Shown here piece by piece: positions 30,585 to 40,316 of a stretch of 64,000 bases of DNA. Each line of letters opens with the position of its first letter. Within the stretch, counting starts at the first letter, position 1. The stretch covers positions 544,001 through 608,000 of the forward strand of contig CAVUKB010000007.1 in assembly GCA_963741955.1 (NCBI GenBank), given 5' to 3'. Position numbers and translations under genes: made by a program. The notes beneath the pieces were generated by a model. It was not told where the DNA came from and did no database searches. It saw nothing but the letters and a program-made list of their open reading frames with translations. This DNA comes from an uncultured Acidobacteriota bacterium. Its GTDB lineage: Bacteria > Acidobacteriota > Thermoanaerobaculia > Gp7-AA8.

Positions 30585-31940
30585 TCAGCGGCTCCGATGC
30601 CAGACGCCGGACCAGAGGATTGCCGCGGCGAGCCCTGGGCCGAAGAGAGAGATGACGATCACCAGCCACTCGCCGCCGCTTCGCACGCGGGCGGCGTTGA
30701 ACGAGAGGATCTGCATCAGGGTGAGCGTGAAATCGAGCGTGAGAGCGAAGGCGACGAGCATCGCGAGTCGCGACTTCCACCCCCGGCCGAGGATCCAGAA
30801 GGCGGCCGCGACGAGAAGGTCGAAGACGAACCAGGAGATCTGGACGCCGCGGCTCGGGAACCATCGTGGTTCGGCGAGAACCAGCGCGAGTCCCCATGGG
30901 ATGGTGAGGAGAGCGAGGAGGCGCATCACGATCGACGGGGCGCGGAAGAGTGCGGAGAAGGCAAAACGGAAGACGTGACCCCGCGCGAACGCCGCGAGCG
31001 CGTCATAGAGGACCATCAGCTGATTGCGGCCGCGTGGCCACGCGAGGTAGACCGGCTCCCACTCGTCGGGATCGAACTTCTGCTTGAATCCATACACCCC
31101 GCGGAAGTTGTAGAAGCCGCCCATCCAGTCGCGCGCCCACCGCAACCAGCCGACGTCTCCCGCGAGTGGAGCGAGGCCGAGCGTCGCGTGCTCGCTCCCT
31201 TCCTCTGCCAGCGCTTCGAACGCCGCTGCCACCAGGCTTTCCGTCGTACCATTCGGCGAGCCGGGGCGGCGGAGGAGATCTTCGAAGAGCCACCCCTTCC
31301 TCTGATAGATCGGCACGGCGACCAGAATCCCTTCCACCCGTCCCTCCCGCCGCGCCACGAAGTAGCGACGCTCCTCGGGGAACGAGAAGGGAGCGAGATC
31401 GACCAGGAAGGCCATCGGCGGCATGGGGCGGGAACGAATCCACTCGTCGAGAAGTCCGTCGAGCTCACTCCGCGCGGCGGGATCGCGCACGCGCTCGGGA
31501 GCCAGTCGTTCCACCGTCAGCCCTTTCGCTCTCGCGCGCCGGAGCTGCTCCCGGAGGCTGCGGTGACGGCGGATCTTCTCGCGCCACGAGGAAGGGCGCC
31601 AGCACGGCTGCACTCCGATCCGGAGGTGCGCGAGCCCCGATGTCTCGGTGAGCTGCGACTCGGCGGCGAAGAATGCGACGCGCCGCCCCTCCGCCGCGGC
31701 CGCGGCAACGAATCCTTCCACTGCCGTCGCGAAATTCTCCTCCGCCGTGACCGGTGCCCCCGCCGCCACCCACGCGCTCCCCGTATCGACATAGCCGACG
31801 CACGTGTCGTCGTTCTGGAACCAGTACTTGAAATCGGGTTCGAGAATCTGGAAGGAAGTGGCGTTCCGCCCATACCGGCGTAGCAGTTCCAGCGCCCGGC
31901 GCCGTTCGGGACCTTCGTCGATGCGGCGGGGTTGGGTCAT
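30585..31940 (-). CDS. MprF/LysX-type aminoacyl-transfer domain (DUF2156) with C-terminal membrane helices
   Basis: WVAAGAP, SPNGTTESL, LGLAPL, FYNFRGVYGFKQKFDPDEWEPVYL. Confidence 0.85.
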   Translation of the reverse strand: MTQPRRIDEGPERRRALELLRRYGRNATSFQILEPDFKYWFQNDDTCVGYVDTGSAWVAAGAPVTAEENFATAVEGFVAAAAAEGRRVAFFAAESQLTETSGLAHLRIGVQPCWRPSSWREKIRRHRSLREQLRRARAKGLTVERLAPERVRDPAARSELDGLLDEWIRSRPMPPMAFLVDLAPFSFPEERRYFVARREGRVEGILVAVPIYQRKGWLFEDLLRRPGSPNGTTESLVAAAFEALAEEGSEHATLGLAPLAGDVGWLRWARDWMGGFYNFRGVYGFKQKFDPDEWEPVYLAWPRGRNQLMVLYDALAAFARGHVFRFAFSALFRAPSIVMRLLALLTIPWGLALVLAEPRWFPSRGVQISWFVFDLLVAAAFWILGRGWKSRLAMLVAFALTLDFTLTLMQILSFNAARVRSGGEWLVIVISLFGPGLAAAILWSGVWHRSR

Positions 31941-32016
31941 GAGACTCTGAATTCAGGCTGGAAAACGCCCTGGGCGTTCGCGCGGTAGAAACAGCCGTGC
32001 TGCGAACACTACACGA

Positions 32017-32733
32017 TCACCGCATCGAGTCGCGGTCGGCAATGCTCATCTTCGCGAATTCGCGAATCATGCGACGACCTTCGTCGTCGGATTCTTCGTA
32101 GGAAAGTCGCAGCAGCCGCATCTGATCTTCGTCCTCGGTGGAAGAGAGGGTGAATCCATCCTCGGGCTGCTGATCCGAGGAGCTCGGCTCGCGAGTCCAG
32201 CTGCCGTCCGCACTCAGGTGAAAAGCGACGAAGGTCGACGAGCGGCTCCGGCGCGCCTCTCCGAGATCGGAGAGGGTCGTGTTCTGATCGATCACGTTCT
32301 GCTCGATCAATCCATCGACGTTCGCCTGCTGTGCCTTGCGGACCCGGTCGAGATAAAGATCGAGGAAGCGGTAGAGGGATTCGCTGCGGCTGGTGAACCG
32401 GACCTGCGACTCGAAGAGGGTCTGTTTCGCGTCCATGCTCCAGAAGCCGTCGTCGGAGAACGTCACCTCGCAGTTCACTTCCACCGGAATGTCCTGCCAT
32501 ACGAACGTGAGCCGGTCTTCGTGCCCTCCCTCGAGCTCGCCGGGGTGCTCGAGAAGTGCGCCGACGGTGCCGATGTCGATGATGGTGACTGCGCCTCCAC
32601 TCATCCGGCCACTGATCGGCCGTGCGATCCGAAGCCATTCGGGATACGACGCTTCGTTGACGAAGTCGCTCATGTCGAGGAGATTTCCGTTCTGATCTTC
32701 CGTCCGATCGAGGATTGTTGCCCTCATTTTCAA
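32017..32733 (-). CDS. Hypothetical protein with degenerate PilZ-like domain
   Basis: WLRIARP...IIDIGTVGALLEH resembles the PilZ R...DxSxxG pattern. Confidence 0.6.
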   Translation of the reverse strand: MKMRATILDRTEDQNGNLLDMSDFVNEASYPEWLRIARPISGRMSGGAVTIIDIGTVGALLEHPGELEGGHEDRLTFVWQDIPVEVNCEVTFSDDGFWSMDAKQTLFESQVRFTSRSESLYRFLDLYLDRVRKAQQANVDGLIEQNVIDQNTTLSDLGEARRSRSSTFVAFHLSADGSWTREPSSSDQQPEDGFTLSSTEDEDQMRLLRLSYEESDDEGRRMIREFAKMSIADRDSMR

Positions 32734-32770
32734 CGACGAGGCCGGTCGAGTGCAAATATCATTTCAACTC

Positions 32771-33460
32771 ATGGAGTACCCCGTCAGCGACCAGCGGCAT
32801 TTTGCGGCAGCGATTTTCGACTTCGACGAGACGATCGTCGATCTCGAACGACAGCACACCAGAACCGCCGAGGAGCTCTGCCGGCTTCAGGGATCGGAGT
32901 ACGCAAGCTTCCCCGAGTCGTTGCGGAACCGCTCCGGAATCCGGCTGAGCGACGAGGTGGGCGAGCTGCGGTCGTATTTCGGATGGACCCTGCCGCTCGA
33001 AGATCTGATGAGGGAGCGCAGCAGAATCTTTCTCGAGGAGGTGGAGCGCGGGAGCATCGCTCCGATGCCCGGCGCGGTGGAGGCGATCCGGCGGCTGCAC
33101 GCCGAGGGTCTGCGGTTGGCGATCGCCTCCTCGGGGATACGCGACTACATCGAGATCATCGTCGCGCGTCTCGGTGTCGAAGAGTGTTTCCGCGAGATCG
33201 TGACGGGAGATGAAGTGCGTCATCCGAAGCCCGACCCGGAGGCGTACCTGCTGGCGGCGGAACGGCTGGGGATTGCTCCGGCGCGGTGCATCGCGTTCGA
33301 TGATTCATCGGTCGGCGTGCGAGCTGCCTCTGCGGCGGGGATGTTCTGCGTCGGGATGAGGAATCCCCGCGCACGGATTCAGCAGGATCTTTCCGCCGCC
33401 GATCTCGTGGTTCACGGCTTCGGAGAGCTCGACCTCGACGCGCTCATTTCGCGTCGCTGA
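32771..33460 (+). CDS. HAD-family phosphatase (beta-PGM/CbbY-like)
   Basis: IFDFDETIVD, IASS, KPDPE, FDDS. Confidence 0.9.
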   Translation: MEYPVSDQRHFAAAIFDFDETIVDLERQHTRTAEELCRLQGSEYASFPESLRNRSGIRLSDEVGELRSYFGWTLPLEDLMRERSRIFLEEVERGSIAPMPGAVEAIRRLHAEGLRLAIASSGIRDYIEIIVARLGVEECFREIVTGDEVRHPKPDPEAYLLAAERLGIAPARCIAFDDSSVGVRAASAAGMFCVGMRNPRARIQQDLSAADLVVHGFGELDLDALISRR

Positions 33461-33896
33461 TCACTGCGGGCTCGTCGAATGCGCCGAAGCTGGAGGCGAG
33501 GAGAAGCGTGGTGAAGAGAACCACGCCGAGGACCACGTTCATCAGTGCGACGAGCGGGATCGTGGTGATCAGCGCGATCCCCGCGATCTGAACGAGCGCG
33601 AACCAGAATCCGAGCTTCGCGGCGGTCTCGTTCCGTGCGCCGATGGCTCTTCCGAGTGCGATCGCCAGCGCGGTCATGGTGACGTACCAGACGATGATCG
33701 CGGCCGGAGCGGCCTGAGGATGTTCGCGAAGAACCTGCACGAACCAACCACCGGCTTCGGGAGGAACAGCCGGCCCCGTCAGCAGCTTCAGGCCGATCAA
33801 CGCGCCGAAGGCCTTCAGGAGGGCCAGGAGGTAGAGGACCCGCGAGGCGGTCCGAAGGTGCTGAAGCGCCCTTTCGTGCATCTGTTCGTCGGTCAT
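33444..33896 (-). CDS. Hypothetical membrane protein (about 4 TM)
   Basis: Hydrophobic segments. Confidence 0.65.
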   Translation of the reverse strand: MTDEQMHERALQHLRTASRVLYLLALLKAFGALIGLKLLTGPAVPPEAGGWFVQVLREHPQAAPAAIIVWYVTMTALAIALGRAIGARNETAAKLGFWFALVQIAGIALITTIPLVALMNVVLGVVLFTTLLLASSFGAFDEPAVISDAK

Positions 33897-34126
33897 GACG
33901 GAATCGTGTAACGAGGAACCGGGGCCCGGCTCTTCCCGTTGTACAGAACGGCCGTCGAGAGTAGAATTTCTCAACTCCGGAAAAACCCAATTTGGTCAAG
34001 CCGCCGCAGGATTGTGGTCTGGCGGCGCATTTGGATCGCGCGGAGACGCGTGAAAGGAGAGAGAGAACCAGGTTTCTGGCACTTCTGCAGTCCGAACCCC
34101 AGATTCCCACGAACACCCTCAGCCCC

Positions 34127-34480
34127 ATGGTTACGGTGATCTTGTTCGCGGTGAGCCTCGTCTTCTATCTGTTCTTCTGCTATTGCTACAAACGGATCTG
34201 CGAAAAGGCGGGCGTGGAGCCGGGCTGGATGATCTGGGTCCCGATTCTCCAGCTCATCCCAATGTTCCAGGCCGCGAAGCTGCATCCGGCGCTGATCCTT
34301 CTGTTCCTGATTCCTTTCGTCAACCTCATCATGGCGTTCGTTCTGGTGGCGAATCTCTCGAAGGCACTCGGCAGGAGTCCGATGCTCTGCCTCTGGATGC
34401 TGGTTCCGTTCGTCGGCGTCCTCGTGATTCCGTATCTCGCGTTCGCAGATTCGCAGGGCGCGGCGTACGCCGCGGCATAA
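34127..34480 (+). CDS. Small membrane protein (DUF5684-like)
   Basis: KRICEKAG..GWMIWVPI, IPFVNLI, LSKALG, PYLAF pattern. Confidence 0.75.
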   Translation: MVTVILFAVSLVFYLFFCYCYKRICEKAGVEPGWMIWVPILQLIPMFQAAKLHPALILLFLIPFVNLIMAFVLVANLSKALGRSPMLCLWMLVPFVGVLVIPYLAFADSQGAAYAAA

Positions 34481-34626
34481 GAACCGAGACCGAACACGTA
34501 TCCGCGCGTGTCGCTCCCCGGCGTCAGGCCGGGGAGCGATGCGCGGGATGCACAGCACGCAGAGGGAGCGGCGAGCGGACTCGCACGGCCTTAAGCTCAC
34601 GCTCCGCGGCTCCAGCTCACGAGAGC

Positions 34627-35265
34627 CTACTTCTTCTTCGGTCCGTAGACGCCGACCAGCTCCGCTTCCGCGAGGACGTGTCCCTTCATCGCGTCGAGAA
34701 CCTCGGGCCGGCCGGTCTTGAACGGCGGGAGGTCGAGTGACTCGTCGAGTGCGTAGAGGCGGAAGAAGTAGCGGTGCTGCCGGTCGGGAGGACACGGTCC
34801 TCCGTACTGATTCTTTCCCCAACTGTTCTTTCCGGTGACGCCTTCGGGTGCTTCTCCTTCTCTGATCTCACGAAGGTCGGCCGGAATGTCGTAGACCACC
34901 CAGTGATCCCAGTTGCGGGTGGGATTGACTCCGGGAGGAACATCGGGATCGTTCATGACGAGCGCGAGTGACTTCGCGTCGGGAGGAACGTTCTCGAACT
35001 CCAGGGGAGGAATGGTGTCGTTCCCGTCGCAGGTGTACTTCACGGGGATCGGGCCGTGGTCCTGAAATGCCGGACTGGTGATGTTCATCTTCCCCTCCTC
35101 CGTCGCCGACCCGTCGGGTGAGGATGCCGAGTCGGTGGCGGCCTGGCTCTGCGCGTCCGTCCGCGCAACGGTGAGCTCTCTGCCGCATCCGATCAGCAGC
35201 GAGACCGCAGCGATCAGCGGAAGCCAGAGACGTGTCCTGTCCATCATCAAACTCACCTCATTCAT
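34627..35265 (-). CDS. YbhB/YbcL (PEBP) family lipoprotein
   Basis: DPDVP, WDHWVVY, YGGPCPP, HRYFFRLYALD; lipobox LIGC. Confidence 0.92.
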   Translation of the reverse strand: MNEVSLMMDRTRLWLPLIAAVSLLIGCGRELTVARTDAQSQAATDSASSPDGSATEEGKMNITSPAFQDHGPIPVKYTCDGNDTIPPLEFENVPPDAKSLALVMNDPDVPPGVNPTRNWDHWVVYDIPADLREIREGEAPEGVTGKNSWGKNQYGGPCPPDRQHRYFFRLYALDESLDLPPFKTGRPEVLDAMKGHVLAEAELVGVYGPKKK

Positions 35266-35266
35266 C

Positions 35267-36127
35267 TCACTTCACTTCCCTAGGAGTCTGCGCGATAGAA
35301 ACGTCCGTAGCGAGAAAGCGGAGCAACGAGGCCAAATTCGTTCGGATTTGAGGTGCGTAGCGGTGGCTACTCGCCGAAAATCCGGGCGGATTTGGACCGT
35401 TGATCCGCTTTCGCAGTAGGACAGTTTCTACCGCGCAGACTCCTAGCGTCCGGATCCAGGCGATGACGTCGCGGATCTCTTCAGCCGAGAGATTCGTGCT
35501 CTTGTGCGCAGCGGCGGATCTCGGGTTCCTTCCGTTGGCGATGATCTCCGCGAGACGCGCGTCGCTCAGCGACTGGACCTCGCTCGATCCGAGCGGTGGG
35601 ATCCCGAGATTCTTCGCCATGGCGGTATCGCCTCCGCCGGTCTCGCCGTGACACGCAGTGCATTTCTTCCCCCGGAACACTGCCGCGCCAGCCTGAGCGT
35701 TGCCGGACGGTGTGCTGACCTCCTGAGGAGAGGGAACCGGCTTGCCGGATGGAGGCACCTCCGGCATGTCGGGCCGGGTCGACTCTCCCGCAGGGACGGG
35801 CCGGTTCGCCGGCGTCACTCGCGGTCCAGGCTCGGGAACGGCGGTATCGGGAATCGGCACGCGCGGCCGCGGCTCGGGAATGGTCCGGAGCGGCGACCCG
35901 ACAGGGGCGGGAGGCGGACCGGGCGCGGCGGCCTCCGGAGAGGCCTCGGTCGTGGTGACCGCGGATGTCGTCGATTCCGGTGGCGGGTTGATCAGCGGCT
36001 CGGCGGATACGGTGGTTGCGGTCGGCGCGATCGTCTCGCTCTTCCCGGCGTCAGCGACGGCGGGCGGCTCCTGCCGGCATGCGAAAACCGAGAATGCTGC
36101 CAGCGCGATGATCAGGACGTGTTTCAT
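35267..36127 (-). CDS. Cytochrome c lipoprotein with Pro-rich linker; C-terminus extended by a MITE
   Basis: Lipobox VFAC, CTACH heme motif; GGAGG RBS. Confidence 0.85.
   Translation of the reverse strand: MKHVLIIALAAFSVFACRQEPPAVADAGKSETIAPTATTVSAEPLINPPPESTTSAVTTTEASPEAAAPGPPPAPVGSPLRTIPEPRPRVPIPDTAVPEPGPRVTPANRPVPAGESTRPDMPEVPPSGKPVPSPQEVSTPSGNAQAGAAVFRGKKCTACHGETGGGDTAMAKNLGIPPLGSSEVQSLSDARLAEIIANGRNPRSAAAHKSTNLSAEEIRDVIAWIRTLGVCAVETVLLRKRINGPNPPGFSASSHRYAPQIRTNLASLLRFLATDVSIAQTPREVK
35280..35446. mobile_element. MITE copy 2
   Basis: Identical to 28190-28356; CTAG duplicated. Confidence 0.92.
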
Positions 36128-36152
36128 CGTTCCTCCACGTCGAGATGGTGCG

Positions 36153-36168
36153 AGCAACTTGCCCGCCA
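36153..36168 (-). promoter_or_regulatory. Putative sigma54 promoter
   Basis: TGGCGGGCAAGTTGCT (GG-N10-GC) just upstream of the RBS. Confidence 0.6.
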
Positions 36169-36182
36169 TGAAGCGAGGCTCG

Positions 36183-36241
36183 CCTTGCATCCAAGCCACT
36201 CTCCGCCTCCTCGCGACCAGACGTTGTGAGAAATGCCGGCT
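36183..36241 (-). repeat. Dispersed repeat family 2, copy B
   Basis: Matches 29680-29738 with about 8 substitutions. Confidence 0.8.
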
Positions 36242-36416
36242 AACGACGTCCCTTCCGAAATTGTCCGCGCGGGCTTCGCTTCTCGCACAGGCATGGTCTC
36301 GATGCGCTCCGAACGCGATCATCGAGGCGGATCAGAGGATCCGCGCCCCTCGGCGCTCGCGTCGCGTCCCCTCTCTCGTCTCTCTGCTATCATCCGCCTT
36401 TTTGGAGGCGCAGGAA

Positions 36417-37190
36417 ATGAATCTGCTCGAAGGGCGGACGGGGATCATTTTCGGAGTGGCGAACAAGCGGTCGATCGCCTGGGGAATTGCCCAGGCGTTG
36501 TCGGCGGCGGGGATGCGCCTCGCGTTCACGTATCAAGGTGAGCGGCTGAAGGAGAGCGTCGAGAGCCTCACCAGCACACTTCCGGATTCCCTCCTCCTTC
36601 CGTGCGACGTGACGAAGGACGGGGACATCGAGAAGGTATTCTCCGATGTCGGCGCGAAGCTCGGGAAACTCGACTGCCTGGTGCACTCCGTTGCGTTCGC
36701 ACCTCGTGAAGATCTCGAAGGAGCGTTCACCCAGACGTCGCGCGAAGGCTTCAAGACCGCTCACGACATCTCCGCATATTCACTCCTCGGGCTCACACGT
36801 GCTGCGCTGCCGCTGATGGAAAAGGCCGGTGGCGGATCGGTGATGGCGATGTCGTATTACGGTGCGGAGAAAGTGGCGGTGGGGTACAACCTGATGGGTG
36901 TCGCGAAGGCTTCACTGGAGGCCACGGTGCGCTATCTCGCGGCAGACCTCGGCTCCAGAAAAATCAGGGTGAATGCAATCTCCGCCGGGCCGGTGAACAC
37001 ACTGGCCGCGCGCGGCGTGCCGGGATTCACGACCATGCTCAAGGAGCACGCGGATCGCGCTCCTCTCCGCCGGAACGTCGAGCTGCGGGAGATCGGAGAC
37101 ACGGCGGTTTTTCTCGCGTCGGAGATGTCGTCCGCGATCACCGGAGAAGTGATCTACGTCGATTGCGGCTACAACATCATGGCGGTTTGA
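36417..37190 (+). CDS. fabI: Enoyl-ACP reductase
   Basis: GVANKRSIAWGI, YNLMGVAKASLE, RVNAISAGP. Confidence 0.96.
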   Translation: MNLLEGRTGIIFGVANKRSIAWGIAQALSAAGMRLAFTYQGERLKESVESLTSTLPDSLLLPCDVTKDGDIEKVFSDVGAKLGKLDCLVHSVAFAPREDLEGAFTQTSREGFKTAHDISAYSLLGLTRAALPLMEKAGGGSVMAMSYYGAEKVAVGYNLMGVAKASLEATVRYLAADLGSRKIRVNAISAGPVNTLAARGVPGFTTMLKEHADRAPLRRNVELREIGDTAVFLASEMSSAITGEVIYVDCGYNIMAV

Positions 37191-37220
37191 GCGCGGGGTG
37201 GTTCCTCCGTGAACACTCCG

Positions 37221-39461
37221 TCACGGAGTCTTCGCGGGCTCGGTCTTCTCCTTCGGCGCTTTCGTGCCGAGGGTCTCGTCGATGAAGGAGAGCATCATCG
37301 AACGGAGGTGGAGGACCTGGAGCGGGTTGACGACGCCGTGCCGCGATTTCGGATAGAGCATCATCCGGAAAGGCTTGTTCGCCTTCTGAAGCTCGTACGC
37401 GAACTGCAGCGTGTTCTGGACGTGGACGTTGTCGTCGATCGCGCCGTGGATGAGAAGGAGCTTTCCGCTCAGATTCGTGGCGGCCCATCGCGGTGCGTTG
37501 TCGTGGTAGGCATCGGGGTTGTCCTGCGGGAGTCCCATGTAACGCTCGGTGTAGATCGAGTCGTAGTCATGCCAGTCGGTCACCGAGCCGCCGGCGATTC
37601 CGGCCGACCAGCTCTTGCTGTGGGTCATCGCGTACGTGGTCATGAAGCCCCCGTAGCTCCATCCGTAGAGGAGCATGCGTGACGAGTCGACCCACGGCTG
37701 CTGTTTGAGGTACGCGATGCCGTCCTCGAGGTCCTGCAACTCGAGCTTCCCGAAATACTTGTAGAGGGGCCAGGTGGAGACGGCCCCCTTGCCGCTGGCG
37801 GTGCGATTGTCGAGGACCCACACCGCGATGCCGCGCTCTGCGAGAAGCTGCCACCAGAGGTACTCGCGACCGAAGCGGTTCACGACCTGCTGCGCATGAG
37901 GTCCGGAGTACGTGTATTCGTACACCGGGTACTTCCTGGAAGGGTCGAAGCCGGCGGGCTTGATCAGCATCGCCTCCATCACGAATCCGTCACGGGTCTT
38001 CACCTGGAGAAATTCGGGTTTCGAGAGGACGTACCCGGCGAGCTCCGGAACCGGGTTGTCGTCGAGCACGCGGACGTGGGAGCCGTCGCTGCGGAAGACG
38101 TCGACCTGCGGAGGCGTCGACGCGTCACTCCAGCGATCGACGAAGTAAGTCATGGAAGGACTGAAGGTCGCGTCGTGGGAACCCGGGTTGTCGGTGAGGC
38201 GGGTGAGATTCGTCCCATCCACTCCGACCGAGTAAACGTCGTTGCCGATCACGCTCCTCTCGGTTCCCGCGAAGTAGATGACGCCGTTCTTCTGGTCGAC
38301 TCCGAAGTAGTCGCGCACTTCCCACGGGCCGCTGGTGACCTGCTGGAGGAGCTTGCCGGTCGCATCGCGATGCTCGATGTGCTTGTAGCCGGAGGTCTCG
38401 GTGAGCCAGAGAAACGAACCGTCGGCGAGCCAGTGGGGCGGTCCGCCCGGCTCGACCCAGGCCGGCGTCGTCTCACGGAAGAGAGTCTTGGAGCGGTCCG
38501 CTCCCGTTTCGATCAGGTTCAGGTCGAGCCAGGTCTGGATCCGGTTCTGGGCCTGATAGACGATCGCGCTCGAATCGGGTTTCCAGTCGACGTTCACGAT
38601 CAGCAGGTCCGCCGGAGTGTACTTTCCCGTGTCGATCGCATGCGGAGTCCCCCCATTCGCATCGACCACGAAGAGGCGTGGGAGAGGGTTCGGGTCGCCG
38701 GCTTGCGGATACTTCTGCAGGTCGACGTCCTGGTCGGTGGGGATGTTGTCGACCACCGCGAACTCGGGTACCGGCGACTCGTCGAGCTGGAGAAACGCGA
38801 TGCGATTCGAATCGGGGCTCCACCAGTACGCCTTGAAGTGTCCGCGTCCGTAGATCTCTTCGGAGTACACCCAGTCGAGCGTGCCGTTGAGAAGGAGTGG
38901 CCCTCCGCTGGTGGTGAGCTGGCGCTCCTTCGACGTCTTCACGTCGAGCGTGAAGAGGTCGTTCGAACGGACGAACGCGATCTTCGATCCGTCGGGACTG
39001 AACGTGACGTTCATCTCTTTCGCCGGGTTCGAGGTGAGCCGGGTGACGGTGCTGTCGAGGAGGGTGACGAGATAGAGATCATCGTTGATCTCGAGGAGTA
39101 CGTGTTTGTACGACGGGTCGAATGTGTACGACCTTTGATGGACGAGCTTTTTCGCGGCTTCCTCGCTCACCCCGGCCACTTTGCGGATGGACGCCGCGAG
39201 CTCGTCCGGGTCGAACAGAGAGATGCGCCGGCCGGTGGGAACGTCGACCACGAGGTACTCGGTGACATCACCCCTGGCGTCGGTCTTCGGCCAGAGAAGC
39301 GTCTTGTCGTCGATCCAGGAGAACCCCGCCTGCGCGGCGCCGCCGGTCCGGATCCGTTGTGCCGGATCGTAGACGTCGTTGATCGTCAGGAGTTTTTCCC
39401 CCGCGAACAGCGGAAATGCCGCCAGCAGTCCGAGCAGAACGAGAGTCCCTCTTCGAAGCAT
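37221..39461 (-). CDS. Dipeptidyl peptidase IV (S9B)
   Basis: DWVYSEE, GWSYGG, DDNVH; signal peptide. Confidence 0.95.
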   Translation of the reverse strand: MLRRGTLVLLGLLAAFPLFAGEKLLTINDVYDPAQRIRTGGAAQAGFSWIDDKTLLWPKTDARGDVTEYLVVDVPTGRRISLFDPDELAASIRKVAGVSEEAAKKLVHQRSYTFDPSYKHVLLEINDDLYLVTLLDSTVTRLTSNPAKEMNVTFSPDGSKIAFVRSNDLFTLDVKTSKERQLTTSGGPLLLNGTLDWVYSEEIYGRGHFKAYWWSPDSNRIAFLQLDESPVPEFAVVDNIPTDQDVDLQKYPQAGDPNPLPRLFVVDANGGTPHAIDTGKYTPADLLIVNVDWKPDSSAIVYQAQNRIQTWLDLNLIETGADRSKTLFRETTPAWVEPGGPPHWLADGSFLWLTETSGYKHIEHRDATGKLLQQVTSGPWEVRDYFGVDQKNGVIYFAGTERSVIGNDVYSVGVDGTNLTRLTDNPGSHDATFSPSMTYFVDRWSDASTPPQVDVFRSDGSHVRVLDDNPVPELAGYVLSKPEFLQVKTRDGFVMEAMLIKPAGFDPSRKYPVYEYTYSGPHAQQVVNRFGREYLWWQLLAERGIAVWVLDNRTASGKGAVSTWPLYKYFGKLELQDLEDGIAYLKQQPWVDSSRMLLYGWSYGGFMTTYAMTHSKSWSAGIAGGSVTDWHDYDSIYTERYMGLPQDNPDAYHDNAPRWAATNLSGKLLLIHGAIDDNVHVQNTLQFAYELQKANKPFRMMLYPKSRHGVVNPLQVLHLRSMMLSFIDETLGTKAPKEKTEPAKTP

Positions 39462-39892
39462 CACGATCCTCCGGCAATGGTGCACGCCCGCATGGCGGGC
39501 GACGGGATAAGGATGGGCGCGGAGAGCTCAGGGGCGGACCGGCGGATGTTTCGTGCCGCCCGGCTCAGTGCTTCCCTCGTCAGTCTCTCCGGTCTCGTCC
39601 GTTTTTCGACGTGGCGGCTGGTCGAGATCGATTCGGATTCCGGTCATCTTCGGCTTGCGGGTTCCGGGGAAACCGCTGGACCGGCCACCCGACTGGTTGC
39701 CCACTCCATGGCCGCGAAGACCGCCGTCCCAGAATCCTTTGTCCCTGGTGTGCTCACGTGGATTGCCTGGCATTGAAACCTCCCTCGAGATCGGTCGTCG
39801 CGGATTCTATCCCGGTTGTGCCGCCGTGCGAGAAATCGAGCGCAGGAGGGCGTTCGCGGCCGGCGACGGAGTGGGGAAATTCCCGGAGCGAC

Positions 39893-39908
39893 TGGCACCC
39901 TCTTCGCA
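39893..39908 (+). promoter_or_regulatory. Putative sigma54 promoter
   Basis: TGGCACCCTCTTCGCA (GG-N10-GC). Confidence 0.5.
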
Positions 39909-39943
39909 ACTCTAAATAACCATCAAAGGACGGGAGGGAAGCC

Positions 39944-40282
39944 ATGGTAGACATGCATGAAGTGACGAGTCAGTTTCATCCGTACCAGCCGCCCGCGGCG
40001 CAGCCGCACGTGGAGGAATCGGTGGAGAGCAGGCTCGGCGGATTTCTGAGAAGGAACGGTGTGAGCGAATCTTCGGTTCGCACGATCGAGAGCGCGGTGC
40101 GCAGGATCGACCTGCAGGGGAGGATGTCGCGGCTGCGGTTCCGGTCGAGGATCCGGCAGGCACAGCGATTCGCGAGACGCCACCCGGCACAGGTCGCCGG
40201 AGGTCTGGCCGCAGTGGCGATCGGTGCAGGGCTTCTCGGCCGAAGCATGCACCACCGGAACCGATTCCACGCGGTAGGGTAG
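39944..40282 (+). CDS. Small hypothetical protein with C-terminal membrane anchor (YqjD/ElaB-like tail)
   Basis: GGAGG RBS; ARRHP followed by AGGLAAVAIGAGLLGR; own terminator. Confidence 0.6.
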   Translation: MVDMHEVTSQFHPYQPPAAQPHVEESVESRLGGFLRRNGVSESSVRTIESAVRRIDLQGRMSRLRFRSRIRQAQRFARRHPAQVAGGLAAVAIGAGLLGRSMHHRNRFHAVG

Positions 40283-40316
40283 GAAGAGGACAGAACTTCC
40301 CCAGCAAAACCGAGGG

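Noticed and set aside
29549-30655. Long + strand repeat ORF (VESVHSG)n
   Set aside because: Antisense shadow of the heptad gene; it stays open because the repeat lacks stops
37896-39776. Long antisense ORFs here and over metH, the pst genes and hutU
   Set aside because: Expected from high-GC codon bias; the opposite strand has clear family motifs
39480-39890. Possible riboswitch in the long intergenic region
   Set aside because: No consensus I can recognise; an Rfam scan would be needed
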